From: a virus
Taxonomy: Duplodnaviria > Caudoviricetes
Virus record (IMG/VR): IMGVR_UViG_3300026546_000005
Location: 1-56,973 of that record
Direction: 5' to 3' (one strand)
Length of the DNA stretch: 56,973 nucleotides
Positions 1 to 10,800 of this stretch are shown here, piece by piece. The number at the start of each line of letters is the position of its first letter. Position 1 is the first letter of the stretch. A program made the translations under genes and the position numbers. Below the pieces are notes generated by a model. The model made no database searches and was not told where the DNA came from. It saw nothing but the letters and a program-made list of their open reading frames with translations.

Positions 1-10
1 TGATGTTACA

Positions 11-1948
11 ATGTCAAATGTTGGTGTTGTTTCAATTACTGATGGTGCAGTTGATTCAGATGCAATTGCAGAAAATGCTGTTGGAACATCAGAATTAGAT
101 ACTGCAAATATTCCAATATCTTCATTTGCAACTGCAACTGATAATATTGATATGGGTGGTTATATTATTAATAATGTAGGTACACCTGTTGCAGCAACTG
201 ATGCTGTTAATAAGGAATATGTTGATACAGTATCTGCAGGATTAAGAGCTAAAGCATCAGTTAGATATATTACTGATAATACAATTGGTGATTTTACAAG
301 TAAATCATCAGTTGCAGCAGCTCTTGATGAAGTTGATGGACAAGATCTTGACGATACAGATATTGTTGATGGCGTAAGAATACTTGTAATATGGCAAGGT
401 GGACATTTTAACACTGGACATGTTGATAACGGTATATACGTTTGGGATGACTCTGCAAATAATGGAAATGGCGCATTAGTAAGAGCAGATGATTTTGATG
501 GATCTCCAGATGGTGAAGTTCAATTAGGAGACTTTACATATGTTGCATTTGGTGACGATGGTGGTAACGCGCAATGGGTATTAGTTGGTCCTCAAAATGG
601 TTCTGGTACAAACGGTGGAATAAATGTAGGTACAGACGCATTGCAATTTAGTCCTCTTGCTGGTCCATCAATTGTAAACGCTGGCGCAGGTTTAATGAAA
701 GAAGGTGATATATTACAGATTGATTTAGCTGCTAGCGGCGGTTTAGAATTTAATATGGCGTCAACATCTGGAGCATTATTATATCCTAAAGATGCACAAC
801 TTAAAGTACAAGTTGATAATGCAACAGCAGTTACTGGTGGATTTGCATCAGTTGTAAATATTGGTTCTAATGGATTAAATATTGGTGTTGATGACGCAAC
901 AATAACTCAAAACGGAAGTAATCAATTAATTGTTAAAAATGGCGGAATTGGTACTACACAACTTGCTGATGACGCAGTAAACATTACTAAATTAGATCTT
1001 GGTGAAGGAACTAATGAAATAAATGCAACATCATTTGATTTAACATCTGGATTTGGTACAAGTGGAAATGGAACTGGTGAAATATCTGGTGGAGATTCTA
1101 TTCAAGATGCAATACAAGCATTAGACAATTATGTTAGCGGATTAAGTGACGTTACTGCTCAAACAGGTTCAGGTATTACGGTTCAAAATGATGGTGTAGT
1201 TGATTGGAATGGAGCGTTAACTAAACATGCTAATATAACTGGTAATACTGCTGCATATTCTGTTTCACTTGGTGGCGATGGTTCAACTGCTCAACGTATA
1301 GCTAAATTTAGTGTTTATACTGGTAATGATACAATTGGTTCATCATTAAGTGTTGAAGATGATATTATGGCAACTGCGTATGGAACAGCTGGTGTTTCAG
1401 GAGCAATTGTTGATATATCATCAACAGATAATATGGAAATATCATCTGATGATGGATTAACAATAAAAGGAAAAGTTCCAGTTGTAACTGATACAAGTGA
1501 TAATGGCGGTATTGTATATGATAAAGATTATTCAGGTCATTATACGAATAGATCATTAGTTGATAAAGAATATGTTGATTATGAAATATCAACACATGTT
1601 AAAATTGTTGAAGAAAATGTATTTAATCCATATATTGATGGAGCATCAACACAAGGTGCAGGAACATTAGATAATACAATGATTATTAAAATTACTGCAA
1701 CAACTGATTATACATTTGCATATGATCCTGAAGAAGATATATCATTCTATGTTAATGGTATAATGGAAGAACGTGGAAATGCATGGTATGTTGTTGATCC
1801 TGATAATTCATATAGTACAGTTCCAGAAGGAAGCGAAGATGCTGGACACGCTATAAAATGGAACAATGACATTTATCCATTAGAAAGTGATGATGTAATA
1901 ACTGTTAGATATATCAGATATAATACAACATCTGGCACAAATGGTTAA
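11..1948 (+). CDS. Virion structural / tail-fibre-like protein (probably N-terminally truncated by the window)
   Basis: Gly/Asp/Thr-rich, DAVNKEYVD/LVDKEYVD fibre motifs. C-terminal FYVNG...W...YPLESDDVITVRY domain is shared with the 12159, 52687 and 54189 proteins. Frame is open to the window edge. Confidence 0.6.
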   Translation: MSNVGVVSITDGAVDSDAIAENAVGTSELDTANIPISSFATATDNIDMGGYIINNVGTPVAATDAVNKEYVDTVSAGLRAKASVRYITDNTIGDFTSKSSVAAALDEVDGQDLDDTDIVDGVRILVIWQGGHFNTGHVDNGIYVWDDSANNGNGALVRADDFDGSPDGEVQLGDFTYVAFGDDGGNAQWVLVGPQNGSGTNGGINVGTDALQFSPLAGPSIVNAGAGLMKEGDILQIDLAASGGLEFNMASTSGALLYPKDAQLKVQVDNATAVTGGFASVVNIGSNGLNIGVDDATITQNGSNQLIVKNGGIGTTQLADDAVNITKLDLGEGTNEINATSFDLTSGFGTSGNGTGEISGGDSIQDAIQALDNYVSGLSDVTAQTGSGITVQNDGVVDWNGALTKHANITGNTAAYSVSLGGDGSTAQRIAKFSVYTGNDTIGSSLSVEDDIMATAYGTAGVSGAIVDISSTDNMEISSDDGLTIKGKVPVVTDTSDNGGIVYDKDYSGHYTNRSLVDKEYVDYEISTHVKIVEENVFNPYIDGASTQGAGTLDNTMIIKITATTDYTFAYDPEEDISFYVNGIMEERGNAWYVVDPDNSYSTVPEGSEDAGHAIKWNNDIYPLESDDVITVRYIRYNTTSGTNG

Positions 1949-1968
1949 TTATTAAAATAAATAATTAT

Positions 1969-2005
1969 GAAAAAGGTTCAAAATATTTTGAACCTTTTTC
2001 TTTTT
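1969..2005 (+). terminator. Intrinsic terminator
   Basis: GAAAAAGGTTCAAAA/TTTTGAACCTTTTTC hairpin plus T tract after the CDS. Confidence 0.8.
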
Positions 2006-2036
2006 AAAAATATAACAAAAAAATATACAACTAATT

Positions 2037-2294
2037 ATGTTAATTCATGAATACGTTGAATTAAAAAAACTTGTGTTAGAATTAGAACCAGATATTGAAA
2101 AATTAGAATATAGTAAAATATACGATGCTGGTACTAGAGCTAGACATAAATTACAAGAAATAAGAGCTAAAAGTCTTGAATTAAGAAAAAAAATACAAGC
2201 AACTCGAAAATTAAATAAACTTATTAAAGAACAAAATAAAAAAAATAAATTAAAAAATAAGGTCTCTGACGTAAATAAAAAAAGTGATAAGTAA
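2037..2294 (+). CDS. Histone H1-like (Hc1-type) small basic protein
   Basis: AGTRARxKLxE motif as in Bacteroidota histone-H1-like proteins; Lys-rich tail. Confidence 0.6.
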   Translation: MLIHEYVELKKLVLELEPDIEKLEYSKIYDAGTRARHKLQEIRAKSLELRKKIQATRKLNKLIKEQNKKNKLKNKVSDVNKKSDK

Positions 2295-2466
2295 TTTTAT
2301 TACAAAATGTTTATAAGTGATCTGATGTTATTCAGTGTGTTATAGAGATAGTTATAAATTAATAGAAGTAAATTAAAAAAATATTAAAAAAAATTAAAAA
2401 AAACACTAAACCAATAGCGTTTTTATACTTATATAATATACAGAAAAAATAAATTTAAAAAATAAA

Positions 2467-5007
2467 ATGATAGAGCATACTACAACAAAACCAAAATTTA
2501 AATCTCAAACTACATTTACAAATGAATTAAGCAAAGAGATATTTGAATTAACATATAAATTTGGAAATGAAACAATAAATGACGCCTTTTATAGAGTTGC
2601 GTCATTTTTAGCAAGTGTTGAAGATAATCAAGAATATTGGACAAAACAATTTTATGAAATATTAACAGATTTTAAATTTGTACCAGGTGGTAGAATATTA
2701 AGTAATGCTGGAACAATGTTAAAAGGTACAACAATGATAAATTGTTTTGTATCAGGTTTTGAAGGTGAAGATAGAGATAGTATGATAAGTATATTAGATG
2801 AATTACGTAGACAAGCACTTATTTTAAAATCAGAAGGTGGATATGGCTTTTGTGTTGACACATTAAGACCTCGAGGCGGTTTTATATTAGGCATCGCAAA
2901 TGAAAGTCCTGGAGCAGTTAAAATGTTAGAAATGTGGGATAAACAATCTGATGTTATAACATCTGGAAGTGGTAAAAAAAGTACACATAAAAACGCTAAA
3001 GGTAAAATTAGAAAAGGTGCACAAATGGTAACAATGTCAGTATTTCATCCAGACATTGAAGAATATATCACAGCAAAGCAAACTAAAGGCAGATTACAAA
3101 AATTTAATATGAGTGTTTTAGTAAGTGATGATTTTATGGATGCTGTTAAAAATCATAAAAAATGGGATTTAATATTTCCAGATTATGAAGCAGACATGGA
3201 AACATATAAAAAGGAATGGGATGGTAATATTAATAAGTGGAAAGCTAAAGGTTATCCTATTAAAGTTTATAAAACGCTTGAAGATGCTAATATTTTGTGG
3301 GATTTAATAATGGAATCTACATATAATAGAAATGAACCAGGTGTATTATTTATTGATACTATTAATAGACTTAATAATTTATATTATGAAGAATATATAA
3401 GTGCGACAAACCCATGCGGCGAACAAGTTTTACCAACTGGTGGTGTTTGTTTATTAGGTAGTATTAATTTAACACAATTTATTGATAAAGAGAATTGGAA
3501 TTATAAAAAATTAGAAGAAGTTGTTGAAGTTGCTGTTAGATTAATGGATAACGTAAATGATCTTACAAATGTTCCGTTAGAAATTCAAAAGAAAAATTTA
3601 AAGGAAAAACGTAGAATAGGTTTAGGAATAATGGGATATGGATCTGCATTATTAATGATGAAAAAACGTTATGGTTCTGTAGAAGCTCTTAAGTTAACTG
3701 ATGAATTAATGCATTTTATTGCAAATACTGCATATAAAACAAGTTCTAAATTAGCAGCAGAAAAAGGAGCGTTTTTATTATTTGATGAAGAAAAGTACCT
3801 TAAAAGTAATTTTGTAAAAATATTAGATGATGATACTAAAGAATTAATTAAAAAACATGGAATTAGAAATAGTCATTTATTATCAATTCAACCAACTGGA
3901 AATACATCGTCATTTGCTAATGTTATTTCATCAGGATTAGAACCAATATTTTTACCAGAATATGTAAGAACTGCAATTATTCCACATGTTCCAGATGGTT
4001 TATTATTACCAGAAGGAATAGATTGGTTTGGTGGAACAGCTAAAGAATTACACGGTTGGTCATGGATTAAAGAAGGTGATGAAAATATGTTAACTATTAA
4101 ATTTAAAGGTGAAACATATAAATATGATCATAATAGAGGATTAACTAAAGAGAATTTAGTAATTGATTATGGCGTAAAATATCTTAAGGATAAAAATGAA
4201 TATGAAGAAGATGCAGATTGGAATGTAAACACATCAAAATTGACAATTGACGATCATGTTGAAACAATGAAAGTATTTTCTAAATGGTTAGATTCTGCTA
4301 TGAGTAAAACAATTAATTTGCCAAATGATTATCCATATGAAGATTTTAAAGATGTATATTTAAAATTATATGAAAGTGGAACAATTAAAGGTGGTACAAC
4401 ATATCGTGAAGGTACAATGGCAGCTGTTTTAAGTAGTAAAGATTCTAAGCATAAAAAAGAAACAAGAACAAATAAAATTATTAAAACACACGCACCTAAG
4501 CGGCCAAAAGATTTACAATGTGATATACATTATTTAACTGCTAAAGGATTAAAATGGGTTGTTATCGTTGGATTGTATAATGACGATCCATATGAAATAT
4601 TTGCATTTAGACAAAAACAATTACAACTTCCAAAGCGTTTTAAATCTGGGTATCTTAGAAAAGCTAAAAGTGGTGTTTATAACTTAATGGAAGATTTAGA
4701 AGGAGATGGATTAATAATTGAAGATATTAAAGAATTTTTTGAACGAGATGAAGATGAAGCTTTAACAAGAATTATTTCTACTGCATTGCGTCACGGTGCT
4801 GATGTTAAATTTGTAATTGAACAATTAAATAAAGCTGAAGGAAATATTGTAAGTTTTAGTAAAGCTATTGCAAGAACGCTTAAAAAATATTTAAAGGAAA
4901 ATACAAATATGAGTGGAATAACATGTGATAACTGCGGAAGTACTAACGTTGCAATTGAAGATGGATGTTTTAAATGTTTAGATTGTGGTGCTAGCAAATG
5001 TAGTTAA
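2467..5007 (+). CDS. nrdJ: Class II (adenosylcobalamin-dependent) ribonucleotide reductase
   Basis: PGGRIL, NC, TNPCGEQ active site, SIQPTGNTS, C-terminal CxxC...CxxC; no small subunit nearby. Confidence 0.9.
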   Translation: MIEHTTTKPKFKSQTTFTNELSKEIFELTYKFGNETINDAFYRVASFLASVEDNQEYWTKQFYEILTDFKFVPGGRILSNAGTMLKGTTMINCFVSGFEGEDRDSMISILDELRRQALILKSEGGYGFCVDTLRPRGGFILGIANESPGAVKMLEMWDKQSDVITSGSGKKSTHKNAKGKIRKGAQMVTMSVFHPDIEEYITAKQTKGRLQKFNMSVLVSDDFMDAVKNHKKWDLIFPDYEADMETYKKEWDGNINKWKAKGYPIKVYKTLEDANILWDLIMESTYNRNEPGVLFIDTINRLNNLYYEEYISATNPCGEQVLPTGGVCLLGSINLTQFIDKENWNYKKLEEVVEVAVRLMDNVNDLTNVPLEIQKKNLKEKRRIGLGIMGYGSALLMMKKRYGSVEALKLTDELMHFIANTAYKTSSKLAAEKGAFLLFDEEKYLKSNFVKILDDDTKELIKKHGIRNSHLLSIQPTGNTSSFANVISSGLEPIFLPEYVRTAIIPHVPDGLLLPEGIDWFGGTAKELHGWSWIKEGDENMLTIKFKGETYKYDHNRGLTKENLVIDYGVKYLKDKNEYEEDADWNVNTSKLTIDDHVETMKVFSKWLDSAMSKTINLPNDYPYEDFKDVYLKLYESGTIKGGTTYREGTMAAVLSSKDSKHKKETRTNKIIKTHAPKRPKDLQCDIHYLTAKGLKWVVIVGLYNDDPYEIFAFRQKQLQLPKRFKSGYLRKAKSGVYNLMEDLEGDGLIIEDIKEFFERDEDEALTRIISTALRHGADVKFVIEQLNKAEGNIVSFSKAIARTLKKYLKENTNMSGITCDNCGSTNVAIEDGCFKCLDCGASKCS

Positions 5008-5028
5008 CTCATTAATAATTAATTAGTT

Positions 5029-5319
5029 ATGAATCAATATATATTTATGTTTTATTATATAAATGTTGCAAATATGCCTCGTATTAGATCACAAGAAGTT
5101 ATTGCAAATGTTATTGAACGAACTTATATTAATGATGATAATATAATTCAACAGTATTTTCCAATTACAGTAGGTGAAACGCGCGTTGAAGTTGTATCTG
5201 TTCCAAATATTATAACAAATGATAAAATTGCAAATAGTATAAATAATAAATTACAATATATTGTTGAAGAATTTAAAAATTTAAAGCCAATACAAAATAT
5301 AGACGAAATATATGAATGA
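5029..5319 (+). CDS. Hypothetical protein
   Basis: ORF co-oriented in a tightly packed operon. Confidence 0.6.
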   Translation: MNQYIFMFYYINVANMPRIRSQEVIANVIERTYINDDNIIQQYFPITVGETRVEVVSVPNIITNDKIANSINNKLQYIVEEFKNLKPIQNIDEIYE

Positions 5320-5530
5320 CAAATTATCTGAAGTACAAAGTAAAATTGCATCATTGTGGAGTAAACATTTAAATGCTAATGATTTTAAAAATGATTTAGA
5401 AAAATATTTAAATGAGAGTAATGATTGGCATCATACAAATTTAACAATTGAAAATAATAAAATTCATTTACAACTTTATACATCTGAAGATGATGGTTAT
5501 GATTTTACTGTTAAAATGACAAAAAAATGA
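5312..5530 (+). CDS. Hypothetical protein
   Basis: Start/stop overlaps with both neighbours. Confidence 0.6.
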   Translation: MNDKLSEVQSKIASLWSKHLNANDFKNDLEKYLNESNDWHHTNLTIENNKIHLQLYTSEDDGYDFTVKMTKK

Positions 5531-5814
5531 GTAACTTGTTTGATAATGTACGTGAAGATGATATTAACACATATAAAACTGTTGTGTTTACAGTATTAAA
5601 TTCTATAATTAATAAAAATACATCTGAAGATAATGTAATATATTGTAAAATTTTAAAACATTATACAATACATGAAACTGATTTTTTTAAATTATATTAT
5701 AACATTTTTATAACTATTGTAAATGATGAACATCTTTCAATAGAATTAAGTCATGAAATTAAACAATATATTTATAATAACTATAATAAATACAAAAAAT
5801 TATTAAATGAATAA
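5527..5814 (+). CDS. Hypothetical protein
   Basis: ATGA overlap with the upstream ORF. Confidence 0.55.
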   Translation: MSNLFDNVREDDINTYKTVVFTVLNSIINKNTSEDNVIYCKILKHYTIHETDFFKLYYNIFITIVNDEHLSIELSHEIKQYIYNNYNKYKKLLNE

Positions 5815-5817
5815 AAT

Positions 5818-7284
5818 ATGTTAGTAGATTACGAATATAAAAACAGTAAATTATTAGTTAGTTATATTGCAAAAGACGGTAATATAAAAATGAAATATTA
5901 TAACTGGAGAAGACCTAAAAAATATGTTATCACTGACGATTATGACAAAGAAGCAGATCCAAAATATAAATCATGGACAGGAAAAAAAGTTAAATTAGTT
6001 CCAACATCACAACCAAACAGATATGCAATATATGATTTTTTAGATCATTTACCTCAAGAAGAACAAGATGAAATTTATGAATTTAACAATCCTAATATAT
6101 TTTATATTGATATTGAAACAGAGATTGTTGATTCTGGCTTTGTAGATCCTAAAGACGCAACTTCTAAAGTACAGACAATAGCAATTACAAATGGTAATAA
6201 AGTGTTGTTATTGGGTGTTAAACCATTGTCTAAGGATGATGAATTTTGGATTAAACAAGAAATAAATAAAACATTTGCTAAATTTAATGTTGATTTTTCA
6301 TATGTTAAATATATGTATTTTGGTGCCAGTGATACACCTGAAAAAGATATGTTATATTATTTTTTCACAAAATTAGTTCCTAAAATGCAAGTTTTAACTG
6401 GGTGGAACTTTGTAAATTATGACTGGACATTTTTAGTAAATAGATGTAGAAGATTAGGTATTGATCCATCTGTTGCAAGTTTTACAAGACGTCTTGAAAA
6501 AGTTTGGAAAACTGAAGAAGAATTACCATTTCACAGAGTTGTAGTTGATTATATGGATTTATATAAGAAATGGGATAGTAAAATTAAAGTTAAAGAATCA
6601 AATGCATTAGATTTTGTAGCAGGAAAAATATTAGGTGTAGGAAAAATTGCATATACTGGAAGTTTACAAGATTTATATAACAATGATTTTAGACATTATT
6701 TATTTTATAATGCAGTTGATACTATATTAGTTCAATTTATTCATGAAAAAATGCGTTATATTGATATAATGTTTGCGATTAGTACCCTTGCAAAAATTAG
6801 AATATTGGATGCAGTTAGTACATTAAGAGTAACAGAAGGTGTTTTAAGAAATGATTTTAGAGATAAAAAAAATATTGTATTAGTTAAGGAATTTGAAAAT
6901 GATGTTAACAATGAACGTGTATTAGGTGGATTTGTAAAGGATCCAGTTAAAGGAATGAATAAGTGGGTTGCGTGTTATGATTTTGCGTCTCTATATCCTA
7001 CAACTCAGCGCCAAAATAATATTGGACCAGACACATATAAAGGAATGAAAATAAGTAATAAATTTGCTGAATTTAAAGGTATAAAACATGAAATAACTAA
7101 TAATGATGTTGTATGTGCAAATGGTGCAGTTTTTTCAAAAGATTTTAGTGTTACATGTAATAAATTATCTGAAATTTATTTTGAAAGAAAAAAATATAAA
7201 AAAATGATGTTTGAAAAATTAACTGAAGTTGAAACATTACAAAAAGAACTTAAAAAATTAAAAGATGAATATAATGAAATATAA
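5818..7284 (+). CDS. Family B DNA polymerase, N-terminal subunit (3'-5' exonuclease plus motif A) of a split enzyme
   Basis: ExoI DIET, ExoII GWN..YD, ExoIII YNAVD, motif A YDFASLYP; ends before motifs B and C. Confidence 0.85.
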   Translation: MLVDYEYKNSKLLVSYIAKDGNIKMKYYNWRRPKKYVITDDYDKEADPKYKSWTGKKVKLVPTSQPNRYAIYDFLDHLPQEEQDEIYEFNNPNIFYIDIETEIVDSGFVDPKDATSKVQTIAITNGNKVLLLGVKPLSKDDEFWIKQEINKTFAKFNVDFSYVKYMYFGASDTPEKDMLYYFFTKLVPKMQVLTGWNFVNYDWTFLVNRCRRLGIDPSVASFTRRLEKVWKTEEELPFHRVVVDYMDLYKKWDSKIKVKESNALDFVAGKILGVGKIAYTGSLQDLYNNDFRHYLFYNAVDTILVQFIHEKMRYIDIMFAISTLAKIRILDAVSTLRVTEGVLRNDFRDKKNIVLVKEFENDVNNERVLGGFVKDPVKGMNKWVACYDFASLYPTTQRQNNIGPDTYKGMKISNKFAEFKGIKHEITNNDVVCANGAVFSKDFSVTCNKLSEIYFERKKYKKMMFEKLTEVETLQKELKKLKDEYNEI

Positions 7285-7866
7285 TTATTCATATATTTCA
7301 TAATAACCACGACGTTGATTTGCTGCAAATATTTTTTTAATAAATTTATTTTCAATAATTTCTCTAATTACACTTGCTAAAAACTCAACTTCTATATATG
7401 AGCTAATACTTAATTGAGATTTAGTTGATTTTAAATACCATTTATTATTTTTTTTATAAAATCTGTTACTATAATCATCTTCACCAACAACATTTTTTGT
7501 TTTTATAACAACATAATTATTTAATTTTTTAATTAAGTTTTCAGCTGCTTTTTTATTTTTATAAAATTTAGTATCACTATAATTTAATGTAGTTAAAAAA
7601 ATATATTGTTTAAAGTTATTTTGTAAAAACGCGTATGTATTATAAAAATCAGTTTCAGAAAAACACGTTAAATCTACAACACTATCAAATTTATGATTTA
7701 ACAATAATTTAGTATCATCATTAAATCTATCTCCTTTTATTAAATTAACATTATTTATTGGATTTTTACCTCTATTAAAATGCCAAACTTCATAATTATA
7801 TTTTAATAATTCATATGTTAAATGTTTTCCAATAAACCAGGTTCCACCTAATATTAAAACTTTCAT
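7285..7866 (-). CDS. NAD-dependent epimerase/SDR-like protein (short)
   Basis: MKVLILGGTWFIG Rossmann motif, FNRG, GDR, YxxxK. Confidence 0.75.
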   Translation of the reverse strand: MKVLILGGTWFIGKHLTYELLKYNYEVWHFNRGKNPINNVNLIKGDRFNDDTKLLLNHKFDSVVDLTCFSETDFYNTYAFLQNNFKQYIFLTTLNYSDTKFYKNKKAAENLIKKLNNYVVIKTKNVVGEDDYSNRFYKKNNKWYLKSTKSQLSISSYIEVEFLASVIREIIENKFIKKIFAANQRRGYYEIYE

Positions 7867-10800
7867 TATTTTAAATTTAAAAGTTTTTTAATTTCATTTA
7901 ATTCATTTTTTAAATAATTAATTTCTTGTTCTTGTTCTTTTATTTTATTATTTAATTCTTTAATTGCTGCAGTATTATAAGGAATTATTTCAGTATATCT
8001 AATTCCTTTATACATTTTATTATCTTCTAAACTTTCGTGTTCATTAATAATATGTGGAATAATTTCTTCAACTTCTTGAGCAATGAATCCATTATGTAAT
8101 ACGCCAGGTTTATTAATAAATTCAAATGAAACAGGATTTAATTGTTCAATAATATTTAATGATTCATTTGAATTTATATTTGTGATATTTTTCTTGATTC
8201 GTATATCAGATGATATTGATGACGAATATGCAATTACATCTCCATCTGCATGAAAATCACCATCAGATTCAAATCTAAATTTTTCAGAATTATTAATAGT
8301 AACACCAATATCACTATTATTTATAAAAAAACCTGTATCAGAATTACTATTAAATGCTATAGATGGAGCATTTACAGATCCATCATCAAACTTATTTGTT
8401 CCATGACGGTGTGATGCTAATGCAAAAGCAGATGCATGTTTACCATCAACAGTGTCTGCATCTAAACCAGAATTAGAACCATCATTACCTTGATGCCAAA
8501 CTTTATATTGTGATGATTGTCCACCAGCGTATATTTCACCAGTAGTTATCATACCACCATATTGAATGTTAGTAAGATTTACTGTTGTTTTAGCAGTCAT
8601 ACTAGAATAATTACTAACGTCACCTGGATTTGTAGCGTCAGGTATAAAATTCTTTAATACCCAACCAGATGCTTGAAAATTATCACCTAATAAATATGCT
8701 ATTAAATCATTTGAGCTATCATTAACATATACTTGTAGAACTGCGCCATCATATGTTCCATTATCTTTTATTCTAATACTATTAAATACAGCACCACTAA
8801 ATTTAGAATAAGTAAGAACTGTAATTTCATTACTAGAATCAGTTCCATAGTGATGTGTTGCATAAAATATAGTTGCACTATGTCTACTTCCAGCAGTATC
8901 TCTTATTCCAAATCTTCCTATAGCTCTATCTCCAGTGTTTGTTGCTATTGTATACCAACCAGCATCTAAATTATCTGAAGCTTCAACTTGTATAGCCGTA
9001 TTATTATATAAATCCGATGCATGATAGCCATCAACTGTATCTGCATCTAATCCTGAACCAGAACCATCATTACCTGCATGCCATGCTTTATTTTCGTCAA
9101 TATATAGTCCTTTAGATCTTGTATTTATGTTTAATCTACCTTCACCGTCATTTTGTGCATAAATCATTGCATAATCTGCACCATTGAAATCACCATTCAT
9201 GCCATCAAAATAAATTGCTCCAGAATTATAAGTTGAATCACCTTTATAAATTCTTATTGCACCTTCATTAGTTAATGAACTTGGTATAGTAATATTATTA
9301 TCGACTGTTAAATTATGTAACCATGTACTATCATATGAACCAAATAATGTTTGACTTCCAGTTGGTTCTGTGGACGTTGGCATAGAATTCATAAAAAATT
9401 TATATCCATTTGGAATAGATGTTTTACCGCGAGATAATTCATAAACACTTGCACTTCTATATGAAGAGGTATTTTTTATCCACAATTCAGTTTTATAACT
9501 TGCAGTTCTAATTAATTTTATATCTGTTGCTGGATTTAAACCCCATGATGCTCTATCTGTACTTTTATTTCCAATTGTTTGTAATACAGTAAGATCAACA
9601 TGATTTGTATCCCAAACACCTTGATTATTATATCTTAAACCATAATGAAGCATTACATAACCACCATATGCTTCTCCTGATTGTATTATTAATACTCCAC
9701 CTTGATATGACCAAGCTGAACCGTGAAATTCACCTATTTTAACCCATTTATTAGAATTAGAACCAATATTATAAATATTACCAACATAATTTCCTCTATT
9801 ATATCTTATAACATAACCTCTATTATTATTTGTGTTTGTTAAAGTTCCTCTACTTGTTATAGTTACTGCATTTAAAATTGAAATTTTAGTTTTATATCTA
9901 ACATAATCATTACCTGTTAATGAACTATATTTTAAATAAAACCAATATTTATTAGAATCATTACTATCTGTGTATATATCAAATAAAAATGGATTTTCAT
10001 CTTTGCTATCAGATAAAACTAATACATCACACGTTACTTTACCATTATAATCAACAGTATAATTAATAATATAAGATCCATGTCTTGTATCAAGATGAAT
10101 TGTTTCTGATATAATTCCATTACTTGATTTTATTAAACTACCGCCAGTTAAAACAATAGTATTTGGTGGAGATGAATCTAAACTAATTTCACCTGATATA
10201 TAACTCCATTTTTCTGGATTTGAATTAGCAGAAGTTAAAAATTTAACCCAGCTATCCCAACTATCTGTACCAGTTTTACCTCTCATCCACATATCATTTC
10301 TGCCTGTTGCATAACCTTCAAAATAAAACTGTTTTAATCTAGTATCACCATATCCAACATTCATAATGATTGGAACTCTTGCTGAATAGTGTGATAAAGT
10401 TCCATAAGGTGTATTAGTAACTTCACCTCCTCCGGTATCAGCGCTCCAAAAACCATTTCTTAATAATGCATCATTAACGTTTCTATTTGGTATACTACCT
10501 CTATTTCTTAGTAAATATAAATCATTACCTCGATGCCAAACTTCTTTATAAGATCCATCATAATCAATCATTAATTTCAATTTAGTGTTAGTTGGATTTC
10601 CATTTGAATCTGCTGGATATATTCTATGTTCATTACTAGCAGAATTATAATATGATTTAGACATATTTTTTGTTCCATCTTGTAAATATATAACACTACT
10701 TAAATATAAACTGGATCCTTTTATATTACCATTTACATCTAATTTTTGTGATGGATTATTAATACCGATTCCAACATCTCCGCCTACATACATACCTTTA

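Noticed and set aside
2467-7284. Inteins or introns in nrdJ or the polymerase
   Set aside because: No splicing motifs or homing endonuclease insertions are visible; nrdJ is continuous.
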